A stretch of 63,067 nucleotides of DNA, filler included, from 3 parts of 3 records of this genome joined end to end with filler, not necessarily neighbours in it, one strand, 5' to 3'; shown: positions 49,973 to 59,786, numbered from the whole stretch's first letter. A program made the numbers and translations. The notes: generated from the letters alone by a model not told the origin.

Positions 49973-52900
49973 TCAGGCCAGCTCTTGTAAACGCGCGAGG
50001 GCCTGTTTGATCTTGCCTTCTTCTTCTTCCCGTTCGGCTAGATTGGCCTGTGTTTCGGCAACAACCTCTGCTGGGGCAGAGTCCGCGAATTTGGGGTTTT
50101 TGAGGCGGCCACGCAGGCCACCCAGCTCTTTCGCCAGTTTGCCCAATGTCTTTTCAAGACGCGCGATTTCCGACGCGACATCGATGATATCGGCCAATGG
50201 CAGACCAAACGTGCCACCCGCCACAGGAATGGTCACGGTGCCTTTGGGGAAGTCGTTCACCGACGTCAGGCTTTCGATACGCGCCAGACGCTGGATCAGC
50301 ACATGGTTGTTATCCCACGCGGTTTGACCTTTGTCGTCGAGACTGGACACCAGCAAAGCAACCTTAAGCCCTGCCGGAACGTGCGTTTGTTGACGGGCTG
50401 AACGGACCGTGTCGATCAAGCCGATGACCCAGTTCATTTCGCGATCAGCATCCGCATCGACCAAGTCAGCGGTGGTATAGGTCGGCCAATCCGCATGGAT
50501 CAACATCTTGGTGCGGGCTTCGGTCTGGCCCCACAACTCTTCGGTGATGAAGGGCATGATGGGGTGCAACAGGATCAGGGATTGATCCAGAACCCACCGC
50601 AGGGTGGCCTGCGTTTCGGCCTTAGCGGCGGCGTCGTCGCCCTGCAGGATTGGTTTCGAGAATTCCAGATACCAGTCACAGACCTTGCCCCAGACAAAGC
50701 CATAGAGCGCGCTGGCGGCGTCGTTGAACCGATAGCTTTCCAGAGCTGCGTCAACCTCTTCGCAGACCTTAGCGGTTTCGCCGATGATCCATTTGTTCAG
50801 CGTCTGCGTCGCCTCGGGGCGGACGTTGTCACTTGAATATGGGATCTCGTAGTGTTCGGCAAAGCTAAAGGCGTTCCAAAGCTTGGTGCCAAAGTTACGA
50901 TAGCCGGTGATCCGGTCACGGGACAGTTTCAACACGCCCCCAATCGCCGCCATGGACGCATTGGTAAAGCGCAACGCATCGGCCCCGAATTCGTCCACGA
51001 TTTCCAACGGGTCAATGACGTTGCCGGTGGTTTTGGACATCTTCTTGCCCTTCTCGTCACGGACGAGCTGGTGCAAATAGACAGTGTGGAACGGAATTTC
51101 ATCCACCACGGCCAGTTGCATCATCATCATCCGTGCAACCCAGAAGAACAGAATATCCTGACCGGTGATCAACACATCGGTGGGGAAGTATTTCGAGGTA
51201 CTTTCGTCCCATTCGGGCCAACCCAGCGTCCCGATAGGCCAGAGGCCAGAGGAGAACCATGTGTCGAGGACGTCGGGATCGCGCCAAACCGGGAAGATCA
51301 GTTTGGTTGGATCTTGGTCCACAGCATATTGCGCCAGGCTTTCCGCGAATTTCTGGATCGCGTCATGCTTGTCCTGAACTTCGACAACAGTGGCGTGGTT
51401 GAGCGGGGTGGGGATGTCTGCATTGTCATCGACAAAGCGCTCGATGGCGGCCTCAAAAGAGGGTGCGCAATGCGCAACATCACCGCGATGCAACATGCCC
51501 CTGGCGTTCAACAGTCGACCCAGTTCAACCAGATCCAGAGCACCATCGTTTTCTTCGTTTGTGAAATCTTCGGCGGACAGGTTGAGACCATACCAAACCG
51601 GAATCTGGTGTCCCCACCACAGTTGGCGCGATATGCACCAGGGTTCGATGTTTTCCAGCCAGTGATAATAGGTCTTTTCACCACTTTCGGGGATGATCTT
51701 GACCGTGCCGTCTTTGACCGCGTCCAGTGCGGGGCCAACGATTTTCTCGGCGTCCACAAACCACTGGTCGGTGAACATCGGCTCGATCACAACCTTGGAC
51801 CGATCCCCAAAGGGCTGCATGATTGGCTTGGCTTCAACCAGTGGTACGGCTGTAACCTCGGGGGCTTCTTCGCCCTTTTTCAGTTTGGGCTTGGGGCCAA
51901 GGCGCGCATCATCCGAGGTGGTCATGACGGCCAGACCTTCGGATGTAATTTCCTCAACAACGCGGGAGCGCGCCTCGAACCGGTCCAGACCACGCAGGTG
52001 ATCAGGGATCAGGTTGATGGCGTCGATTTCATTTTCGGTGAACGCTTGGCCGCGCGCGAAAGCCTGCGCTTTGGCAGCTTCTTCACCATAGGGTGCGCCA
52101 TCGGCCCGCATCGCGCCCTTGGTGTCCATCAGGCGGTACATGGGGATGCCGCCGCGCTTGGCGACCATGTTGTCGTTGAAATCATGGGCACCGGTGATTT
52201 TCACTGCGCCCGAGCCGAAGTCCTTGTCTGGGTAGTCATCGGTGATGATCGGGATCTGGCGGCGGTGCTCTTTTGGACCAACAGGAATTTCGCAGAGTTT
52301 GCCCACGATAGGCGCATAGCGCTCATCCGATGGATGCACGGCAACGGCACCATCACCCAACATGGTTTCTGGGCGTGTCGTCGCGATCGAGATATAATCG
52401 CGCTCTTCTTCCAGCGTGATGTTCCCGTCTTCGTCTTTTTCAACGTAGGTGTATGTAACACCGTCCGCGAGGGGGTATTTGAAGTGCCACATGTGGCCCG
52501 GCGTTTCGATGTTCTCGACCTCTAGATCGGAAATCGCGGTTTCGAAATGCGGGTCCCAGTTGACCAGACGCTTGCCGCGATAGATCAGACCCTTGTTGTA
52601 CATCTCAACAAAGACCTTGATGACCGCATCGTGGAAATTGGCCGAGTTCTCGTGACCAGTGCGCGGGTCGCCCGCGGCACCCGCCATGGTAAAGGCGTTA
52701 CGCGACCAGTCGCAGGTCGATCCAAGGCGCTTCAGTTGCTCGACAATGGTGCCGCCGTATTCGCCCTTCCACTCCCAGACCTTTTCCAGGAACTTTTCAC
52801 GGCCCAGTTCGTTGCGGCCGGGCTGCTGCGTGGCGGCCAGCATCTTTTCCACCTGCATCTGGGTGGCAATGCCAGCATGGTCCTGACCGGGCTGCCAGAG

Positions 52901-53088
52901 CGTGTCAAACCCACGCATCCGATGCCAGCGAACCAAAATATCCTGCAAGGTATTGTTGAACGCATGACCCACATGCAGCGCGCCAGTGACGTTGGGCGGT
53001 GGGATCATGATGGTAAAGGTTTCGTCGCGCGATTTGTTCGCGCCCGCTTTGAAACAACCGGCCTCTTCCCAGGCCTTATAGAGGCGGG
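49973..53088 (-). CDS. valS: Valine--tRNA ligase (5' end truncated by the gap)
   Basis: [53 protein letters not shown] and a C-terminal coiled coil. The frame is open to the gap. Confidence 0.97.
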
Positions 53089-53188
53089 NNNNNNNNNNNN
53101 NNNNNNNNNNNNNNNNNNNNNNNNNNNNNNNNTTAATTAATTAANNNNNNNNNNNNNNNNNNNNNNNNNNNNNNNNNNNNNNNNNNNN
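53089..53188. other. Artificial contig spacer
   Basis: 44 N + TTAATTAATTAA + 44 N. Confidence 0.98.
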
Positions 53189-53287
53189 AAGCCGGAAGCC
53201 ATTTTTCACAAAATGGGGAGACGGCGCTGCAATCCGAGGCAGAAATAGTCAGTAGATGCGGGCAAGCGACTTAACAGTTGGACCGGG

Positions 53288-54070
53288 TTATGGCTTAGGT
53301 GGACCAGGCTCAGGATCGGGACCTGGTTGATCGCCTAAATCTTCAAGAAGTTCGTCTGGTGTAACCGCATCACCGGCGGCGCGTTGAAGGTCTTCGCTGA
53401 GTTGTTCCAGCTGGGTGTGTAATTGAGCGTCAATTTTGCCGATGGAGGTTTCGAGAACGCAGCCGGCCAGACGCACATTTTTATCGGCTAGAATGTTAAT
53501 CGAGCGCAATGCGGAATGTTCGTCGAGCAGTGTACTTTTAGCGGTTTCGAGTGCTTCGTAGTCGTCGGGGTGAATTCGAATTGTGACTTCATCGGCGCCA
53601 TGAGCGGCTTCGAGTGCGCGGCGCGCCTGCTCGAGGATGCTGTAAGCCCCACGGCTGATTTCCTGCCCCAGAACGTGTTCGGCAATTTTGGCGGCGAGTT
53701 CAACGGTGGACTGATCAATTCCGTTTAACTCACGACGAAACTGTTGGTGCAGCTGCGCGGCGATTTCATCAAAGCGGCGCAGCCATTCTTCGCGTTGCTG
53801 CATTTCGCGTTCGAGCATACCACCGGCGACGTCCTTGCCGTCGGTGAATCCGCGATCGTAGGCAGCTTTCAGGTCAAGTTCAACCTGTTCGCGGTTTAAA
53901 CGCTCTTCGATACTTGCGGGAGTTTCCTGTGTCTCTGCCGAAGTGTCTATTTCTTCAACAGACTTGGAGAAGTCTTCGAAAGCGAATGGATCAACTTGCT
54001 CGGCATGGCGCGCACGAATGATGCGGACGCCGGTTTTACGGCGCGGAACACTAATCTGATATTCCTGCAT
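53288..54070 (-). CDS. fliH: Flagellar assembly protein FliH
   Basis: AYDRGFTDG, IRIHPDD and GCVLETSIGKIDA; follows fliG. GGAG RBS before ATG 54070. Confidence 0.88.
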   Translation of the reverse strand: MQEYQISVPRRKTGVRIIRARHAEQVDPFAFEDFSKSVEEIDTSAETQETPASIEERLNREQVELDLKAAYDRGFTDGKDVAGGMLEREMQQREEWLRRFDEIAAQLHQQFRRELNGIDQSTVELAAKIAEHVLGQEISRGAYSILEQARRALEAAHGADEVTIRIHPDDYEALETAKSTLLDEHSALRSINILADKNVRLAGCVLETSIGKIDAQLHTQLEQLSEDLQRAAGDAVTPDELLEDLGDQPGPDPEPGPPKP

Positions 54071-54109
54071 TTTAACTCCGGCACGCCTGGGCGGCGCAAG
54101 CTGCAAACA

Positions 54110-55132
54110 TTAAACAAATACTTCTTCGGAACCACCGCGGCCGCTGATCGTAATTTCTTCCTGCTCTTCCAGGCGCTTAACAACTTCAACGATGCGCATC
54201 TGTGCGACTTCAACATCCTTGAGTTTGACCGGCCCCATGAATTCGAGTTCTTCACGGATAACTGCCGCAGCGCGTTCGGACATATTCTTGAAGACTTTCT
54301 GTTTAAGCTTGTCATCGGAGACTTTAAGCGCCAGGGCCAGATCCTGCTTGGAGATATCGCGCATGATGCGCTGAATACCTTTATCATCGATCAGCACAAT
54401 ATCTTCGAAGAGGAACATGAGGTTTTTAATCTCATCGGCAAGCTGCTGGCTCTTGGTTTCGATGCTTTCAAGCAGAAGTTTTGCCTGTGCGTTGGAGCTT
54501 TTGTTTAAGACATTGGCTACCAGCTGCGCACCACCAGTCATGGCCAGGTTCTGCGAGATCGTGGCTTCGGCAATGCGATCCACGACACTTTCAATTTCAT
54601 TCACAAGCTGTGGCGAGACTTTACCCAGTGTGGCAATCCGCATTAAACAGTCGGTGCGCAAGTCTTCGTCAAATTCTTCCAGAACTTCGGCAGTTTGCTC
54701 GGGTGTTAAGTGCGAGAGGATCAGAGCAATGACCTGCGGGTGTTCCTTAGCCAGGAAGTTTGCCAACTGCTGTGAGTCGGCTTCCTTGAGAATATCAAAA
54801 CCACGCACGGTTGTCAGAACTTTAATACGCTCCATTATCTCGCGAGCTTTATCGATGCCAAAAGTTTTTTCGAGCACTTGCATGGCGTAATCCATGCCAC
54901 CTTCCAGGAGATATTCCTGGCCGGACATCATGCCGTAAAACTCTTCGATGACTTTATCGACAACTTCGCCGGAAACGCCGCGCAGGTTGGCAATTTCAAT
55001 GGCGATGTGCTCAACTTCGGTGGCATCAAATTCCTGAAAGATGCGTGCGGCGACGTCAACGTCAACCGACATTAACAGGAGACCAACTTTCTGGCGGCCT
55101 GTCAGCTTCTCGTATGTGAATTGCACTGCCAT
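54110..55132 (-). CDS. fliG: Flagellar motor switch protein FliG
   Basis: GGMDYA, EHPQVIALIL, MFLFEDI, NMSERAA and GPVKLKDVE. Confidence 0.97.
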   Translation of the reverse strand: MAVQFTYEKLTGRQKVGLLLMSVDVDVAARIFQEFDATEVEHIAIEIANLRGVSGEVVDKVIEEFYGMMSGQEYLLEGGMDYAMQVLEKTFGIDKAREIMERIKVLTTVRGFDILKEADSQQLANFLAKEHPQVIALILSHLTPEQTAEVLEEFDEDLRTDCLMRIATLGKVSPQLVNEIESVVDRIAEATISQNLAMTGGAQLVANVLNKSSNAQAKLLLESIETKSQQLADEIKNLMFLFEDIVLIDDKGIQRIMRDISKQDLALALKVSDDKLKQKVFKNMSERAAAVIREELEFMGPVKLKDVEVAQMRIVEVVKRLEEQEEITISGRGGSEEVFV

Positions 55133-55218
55133 GAGATTTACACCTTAACTATGTAGCGAGCTACTGTTCTAATTTTAACTTGAGCGTTTTTTTGCCGCTT
55201 GCGAATGCTGGCAAGTGT

Positions 55219-56901
55219 TTAACCGCGGTCAAACATATCCTGGCGCAGGAGCGTCATCAGCATTTTGGCACCACTTTCAGGATTGTCATCCAGATAACTA
55301 AAGACGCGCTCGCGCATTTCTTTCTTGAATTCAGCATCTGCTGAAGTCTCTCCGTCTTCGAGCTGCAGCTGTCCGTTCTCGTCAAATCCACCCGGCAGGG
55401 CCAGTTGTTCGGAGGATTCGGAGAGGGTTTCGAGCAATTTGCGTTGGCGTTCGGCAGCAGCCTGCGCCAGTTCCACGCGTTGGCGTTCCAGATCCGATGG
55501 TGCGAGCACCCGTTCCAGACGTTCGCGAATTTGTGGAGCGGACATCATGCGCCAGATAAGGAAAACCGCCACCAACATGCTAAGGATGATGACTATTGTC
55601 TTAACGTGGTCGCCTACGAATTCATCCACTGCCGGCACCCCAAAGACACCGGTCGGAACCAGGTCCGCCTCAATATTGGTCCCAAATGGGATATTTACAA
55701 GTGAAACCTGATCATTACGTGCGGGATCAAAGCCGACAGCACTACGGACGATTTCGCGCAGCTGGTCCAGTTCGGCCTGCTCACGCGGCTCATACTGGTT
55801 TTCGATCTCACCGTCCGCGTTTTCAACTTGTGTGTATTTACCGTCCACCAGAACGGCGACGGTCAGACGCTCAATGTCACCAACACCACCAACGATACGT
55901 TCAACTGACTTGCTGATTTCATAGTTGGTGATAACGTTGCCGCGCTGGGCTTCCGAGTTTACTTCGGGATAATTCAACGAATCCTGTGTGTTGCTGGACT
56001 CATTGATAATTTGTTCACTGCGAACCACCTGGCGGTCGGGATCATAGTCTTCGACGGTGCGTTCCACCTGTGTAAAGTCGAGGTCTGCATCAACGCGCAC
56101 GACGGTTTTGTCCATGCCAATAACTTCGTTGAGCAAACTCTGCACTTTGGCAGCCAGGTAACTGTCTACTTTTTGTTTTTGTTCGTATTGTGTGGAGGAG
56201 AGTCCTGCCAGCGAATTGTTATCGCGCGCTTCGGTAGAAAGCAGGCGCGCTTTCTGGTCCATGACTTTAACATCTGAGGATGCCATGCCTTCGATGCTGC
56301 TGGCTACCAGGTTCTGGATACCTTCAACATTCATGCGGCTTACATTACGGCCGGAGTTAAGGTGCAAAACGACAGACGCTGTTGCTGGATTCTGATCGCG
56401 TTCAAAGAGTGCACGTTCGGGGATGACGATGTGCACACGTGCGCGCTTAACTTCTTCCATCGTCATGATGGTACGTGCAAGTTCACCTTCAATGGCACGC
56501 GCATAATTAACTTTTTGTACAAAGTCGGACATTCCCAGGTTGGCTTCGTCAAAGATTTCATAACCAACGACGCTGCTCTTGGGCAGGCCTTCGCCGGCCA
56601 GCTGCAGACGCGTCTGGTGCAGCACGTCCGAGGCAATCATAATTGTAGAGCCATTCTGGTGCAGTTCGTATGGAATCTGCCCTTCTTTGAGGCGTTCAAC
56701 AATTACGGCTGCATCCTGGGGCGCCAGATCGGCATACAGAACCGAAAGCGGTTTGGATGTGACGGTGCTGAATATCAGAATTAAACCGACGATCGTTACA
56801 ACTGCAACACCACCGATCAGGAGCTTCTGTCCTGAGGTCAGTTTTTGCATGAAGGTGCGAAGTTGTTGGCCCGCACCGGGTTTTGCTAATTCGTCTGCCA
56901 T
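55219..56901 (-). CDS. fliF: Flagellar MS-ring protein FliF
   Basis: Two TM helices, RAIEGELARTI, ARVHIVIP, ATASVVL, NYEISK and AVGFDPARND. Confidence 0.96.
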   Translation of the reverse strand: MADELAKPGAGQQLRTFMQKLTSGQKLLIGGVAVVTIVGLILIFSTVTSKPLSVLYADLAPQDAAVIVERLKEGQIPYELHQNGSTIMIASDVLHQTRLQLAGEGLPKSSVVGYEIFDEANLGMSDFVQKVNYARAIEGELARTIMTMEEVKRARVHIVIPERALFERDQNPATASVVLHLNSGRNVSRMNVEGIQNLVASSIEGMASSDVKVMDQKARLLSTEARDNNSLAGLSSTQYEQKQKVDSYLAAKVQSLLNEVIGMDKTVVRVDADLDFTQVERTVEDYDPDRQVVRSEQIINESSNTQDSLNYPEVNSEAQRGNVITNYEISKSVERIVGGVGDIERLTVAVLVDGKYTQVENADGEIENQYEPREQAELDQLREIVRSAVGFDPARNDQVSLVNIPFGTNIEADLVPTGVFGVPAVDEFVGDHVKTIVIILSMLVAVFLIWRMMSAPQIRERLERVLAPSDLERQRVELAQAAAERQRKLLETLSESSEQLALPGGFDENGQLQLEDGETSADAEFKKEMRERVFSYLDDNPESGAKMLMTLLRQDMFDRG

Positions 56902-56992
56902 AGCTGTATGCCGTTTTACTCTGTGACGTTTGGCGCTGGTTGCCGTACTGTTGTTTGGGAGTCTCTGGACTTAGGCGGCACGAATTGCCGCC

Positions 56993-57077
56993 TGGGAGTT
57001 AAACACTTGCGGTTAAACATTTGGGAGTTAACACTTGGGGTTTAGCTCCCGGGGTTTAACTCATGGGGATTAGCGCA
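56993..57077 (+). repeat. Six degenerate 14-15-bp tandem repeats (consensus ~TGGGRKTWAACWCT)
   Basis: TGGGAGTTAAACACT, TGCGGTTAAACATT, TGGGAGTTAACACT, TGGGGTTTAGCTCC, CGGGGTTTAACTCA and TGGGGATTAGCGCA, between fliE and fliF. Confidence 0.75.
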
Positions 57078-57087
57078 GCGAGACCAA

Positions 57088-57405
57088 TCAGACTTGAATC
57101 CGAATGACTTCGCGGTACATGTCCAGTGTTTTATTCCGCAGCTCCATTAGCAGGGCGAAGCTGGTTTTAGCTTCTTCGGCAGCAATCATGACATCGTGGA
57201 TGTCAACGGGCTCACCTTTAACAAACTGTTCAGTTTTTTTGCCTGACTCTTTCTGCAGGTCATTAACATTTCCAACGAAGTCCTTAAGTGTCTCACCGAA
57301 GCTGACTTCACCTGTTTCAGCAAACTTAGCATCGATCCGCTCGGCCCGTTGTTGAACAATGGGGAGGTGCATGGAGTTTAAGGCTGCGAGTTCACCGGCT
57401 TTCAT
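57088..57405 (-). CDS. fliE: Flagellar hook-basal body protein FliE
   Basis: SFGETLK..VNDLQ and DIHDVMIA.EEA...ELRNK.LDMYREVIRIQV. Confidence 0.95.
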   Translation of the reverse strand: MKAGELAALNSMHLPIVQQRAERIDAKFAETGEVSFGETLKDFVGNVNDLQKESGKKTEQFVKGEPVDIHDVMIAAEEAKTSFALLMELRNKTLDMYREVIRIQV

Positions 57406-57493
57406 AGTCGCTCCTGGTTTTTACCAGTTGGCATGCCTGAGGGCATAAATGTTTGATGGGCATTACAATTTTGACTTGGCGGTTCGGCAGCTT

Positions 57494-57530
57494 GAAAAAG
57501 CTCCTCCCGGCGTCCCGGGAGGAGTTTTTC
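57494..57530. terminator. Strong intrinsic terminator-like hairpin upstream of fliE
   Basis: GAAAAAG-CTCCTCCCGG-cgtc-CCGGGAGGAG-TTTTTC, with T-runs on both strands. Confidence 0.75.
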
Positions 57531-57656
57531 TCTACATGGTACAGCATAAAGAAGATAAAGAGGAATGCGTGACATTTTCTTCAGTCCAAATTGTTAACAC
57601 CTGGAACTTAACATGGACTGCAAGTTTGTAGTGTTACCATGTAAGTGCACGAGCGT

Positions 57657-57977
57657 TTAAACGCGCCGGTCAAAGATTCCGCCGGGAATGGCTTGTGCGG
57701 CTTCGGCACGGCCACGCCTGTCAAAGGCGGCTGAATTATTGATGCCGTTGGCGGCACCGTTGCTGAACCGATCAGCGTAATCAGGAAAGAGCTGCGCAAA
57801 GAATGTCCGCTCACTTGGCGAAAGGACAGACTGCGGCGTAACGCCGCGCAGGCTTTGCTGAGAACTACCGGCGGCCGAAGGGCCCTGTTCATTTATTCTG
57901 GCTGTCTGAGGCGCACGAAGTGACGCCGGTCCAATCGATGGGGACTGGACATAGGCATTAAGTCCGGAAACTCGCAT
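57657..57977 (-). CDS. 106-aa hypothetical protein within the flagellar cluster
   Basis: Co-oriented between flgC and fliE, with GGTGGA upstream. Disordered N-terminus, ERTFFAQLFP core and C-terminal GGIFDRRV. Confidence 0.65.
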   Translation of the reverse strand: MRVSGLNAYVQSPSIGPASLRAPQTARINEQGPSAAGSSQQSLRGVTPQSVLSPSERTFFAQLFPDYADRFSNGAANGINNSAAFDRRGRAEAAQAIPGGIFDRRV

Positions 57978-58230
57978 TCAATTCCACCAGGTTTGTACAG
58001 AATGAGCGATTGATTGGGCGGGAACCGGAACAGCCCCACCCAGATGTTAATTAGCATGTGTGTGTGTTAAGGACATAAACACACAGGTTTCAACGTAAAT
58101 GGCTTAGCGTGAGTACGTTCCCCCGGAATTCAATCCGTCGTGGACTCACGAAGCTCTAAAAAAATGAAGCAGACATACGTACGCGCGTAAGTGAGTGTGG
58201 GACTGCAGCAGTCCACACGCGTCACTTGTA

Positions 58231-58716
58231 TCATATGTCCATAGAGTCACGGGCAATATTCTTGCCGGCGGAAATCACGGCCGTATTGGCCTCAAATGCG
58301 CGTTGCGCGGAAATCATCTCGACCATTTCGGTCACGACATTCACATTCGGCATCGCTACGTAGCCCTTTTCATCCGCATCCGGGTGTCCGGGCTCATAGA
58401 CCATGCGCGGCGGCGCATTATCTGTAGCGGTACGCGAGTTCAGGGCGGATTCAAACTCATTGCTTCTTTGGTCACGCACAGAATCGGAGTGACGCATGTG
58501 CGATGAATCCAGACCAATCTGGGCATCCAGCTGCCGCTGAAAAGGTGTGCTGCGCTTGGCGCGGACCACCACAACTTCGCGTTTGTACGGACCGCCGTCG
58601 GCAGTCTCGGTTGTATTGGCATTCGCGATGTTTTTCGCCACGGCGGAGAGACGCTTGCGCTGCACGCTCAGGCCTTCGCCGCTCACCTTGAATGTAGTAA
58701 ACAAACTTTCAGCCAT
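58231..58716 (-). CDS. flgC: Flagellar basal-body rod protein FlgC
   Basis: GLSVQRKRL..VAKNIANANT, GGPYKR, YEPGHPDAD..GYV.MPNVN.V.EM and RAFEAN. Confidence 0.97.
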   Translation of the reverse strand: MAESLFTTFKVSGEGLSVQRKRLSAVAKNIANANTTETADGGPYKREVVVVRAKRSTPFQRQLDAQIGLDSSHMRHSDSVRDQRSNEFESALNSRTATDNAPPRMVYEPGHPDADEKGYVAMPNVNVVTEMVEMISAQRAFEANTAVISAGKNIARDSMDI

Positions 58717-58797
58717 AATCCTGGCTCCCTGTTTCCAGCCGACCGTCCCGGAGTTGTCACAGCATGAATCGTGCTGCGGCTACCAGGCTGGCGCGAC

Positions 58798-59223
58798 TTA
58801 TTGGTTTGTACCTTTAATGGCACCCTGCAAACCTTTAAAGTACCGTGAGAGCAAGCGGGACGACATTCTATGACGGATCTGATTTTGCGCCAGCTCTGCC
58901 ATTTCTTTGTCGATGTTCACATGCGACTCACCGGAAAACAAAACCTCTGCTCTTGGAACGGGAGCGTCCTCACGGTAGCCACGTACCTGCCCGCCACGCT
59001 GCGGTCCTATTGGTACATGCTGTGAGTCACTTTTATCCCCTATCGCCACCACACCGTGTGCTTTTGCAAATTCTTCCTCAAAAACGACGCGTTCCGGCCG
59101 ATAGTTAGGAGAACTTGCATTGGCGATATTCTTGGAAATGACCTGCTGGCGCATGGAGTATGCATCCAGTGCCGCATTCAGTAGCGGTACGCGCGCCTTA
59201 AAAAGATGATTGGTCATTGCCAT
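58798..59223 (-). CDS. flgB: Flagellar basal-body rod protein FlgB
   Basis: ALDAYSMRQQVISKNIANASSPNY and VNIDKEMAELAQNQ. GGAGGT RBS before ATG 59223. Confidence 0.95.
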   Translation of the reverse strand: MAMTNHLFKARVPLLNAALDAYSMRQQVISKNIANASSPNYRPERVVFEEEFAKAHGVVAIGDKSDSQHVPIGPQRGGQVRGYREDAPVPRAEVLFSGESHVNIDKEMAELAQNQIRHRMSSRLLSRYFKGLQGAIKGTNQ

Positions 59224-59264
59224 GATGTACCTCCGTGCAAAGATTTCACTGTGCTGCAAAGTTC

Positions 59265-59281
59265 AGCAACAAGCGTGCCAA
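59265..59281 (-). promoter_or_regulatory. Sigma54 (RpoN) -24/-12 promoter for flgB
   Basis: The minus strand reads TTGGCACG-CTTG-TTGCT, an exact match to TGGCACG-N4-TTGCW, about 40 nt upstream of the flgB start. Confidence 0.85.
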
Positions 59282-59601
59282 AGATTTCAGGGGACGCTAT
59301 TTGTGCCTTTCCCCGGGTGGCATATGTTCGATCCTATCCAGTTTTGGCTGATTCTGCACGCTGAAGAACCACATTGGAGATTATTAACCAGCAGTACTGC
59401 AAACGCTGCACCTGACAGTGCGAATCAGCGCAAAATCCACCAGATTCTACCCGAACTATTTAAATACTTGGTCTAATATAAATTTTGCGTAAGTTTGCTG
59501 TTCTATGGTTTTTTCGGGGTGAGCTGCCCCTGGGTAATGTACGTTACCCCAAAATCTGATTACAACAGATCTGAACGTCATAATAACGGTGTGAAAACGC
59601 T

Positions 59602-59754
59602 ATGAAAAGAACTTATCAACCCAGCCGGCGCAAGCGCCGCAACAAGCACGGCTTCCGCTCGCGCATGGCCACCAAAAACGGTCGCAAAATTCTTAACAAC
59701 CGTCGTAGACGCGGTCGTCGTAAACTGACGGTCAGCAGCGAACCGTCATGGTAA
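59602..59754 (+). CDS. rpmH: 50S ribosomal protein L34
   Basis: Read manually (below the ORF-track cutoff): [50 protein letters not shown]. Confidence 0.97.
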   Translation: MKRTYQPSRRKRRNKHGFRSRMATKNGRKILNNRRRRGRRKLTVSSEPSW

Positions 59755-59786
59755 ACGCCTCAATCGGCGTGACTGAAAATTGAAAC

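Noticed and set aside
50852-52525. 557-aa plus-strand ORF
   Set aside because: Entirely antisense to valS, with no recognisable motifs; a typical codon-bias shadow ORF.
56993-57077. Possible CRISPR array
   Set aside because: Units are 14-15 bp, contiguous and without spacers, and no cas genes are present. Reported as a tandem repeat instead.
59282-59601. Possible oriC upstream of rpmH
   Set aside because: No TTATCCACA-type boxes found by eye and no dnaA.
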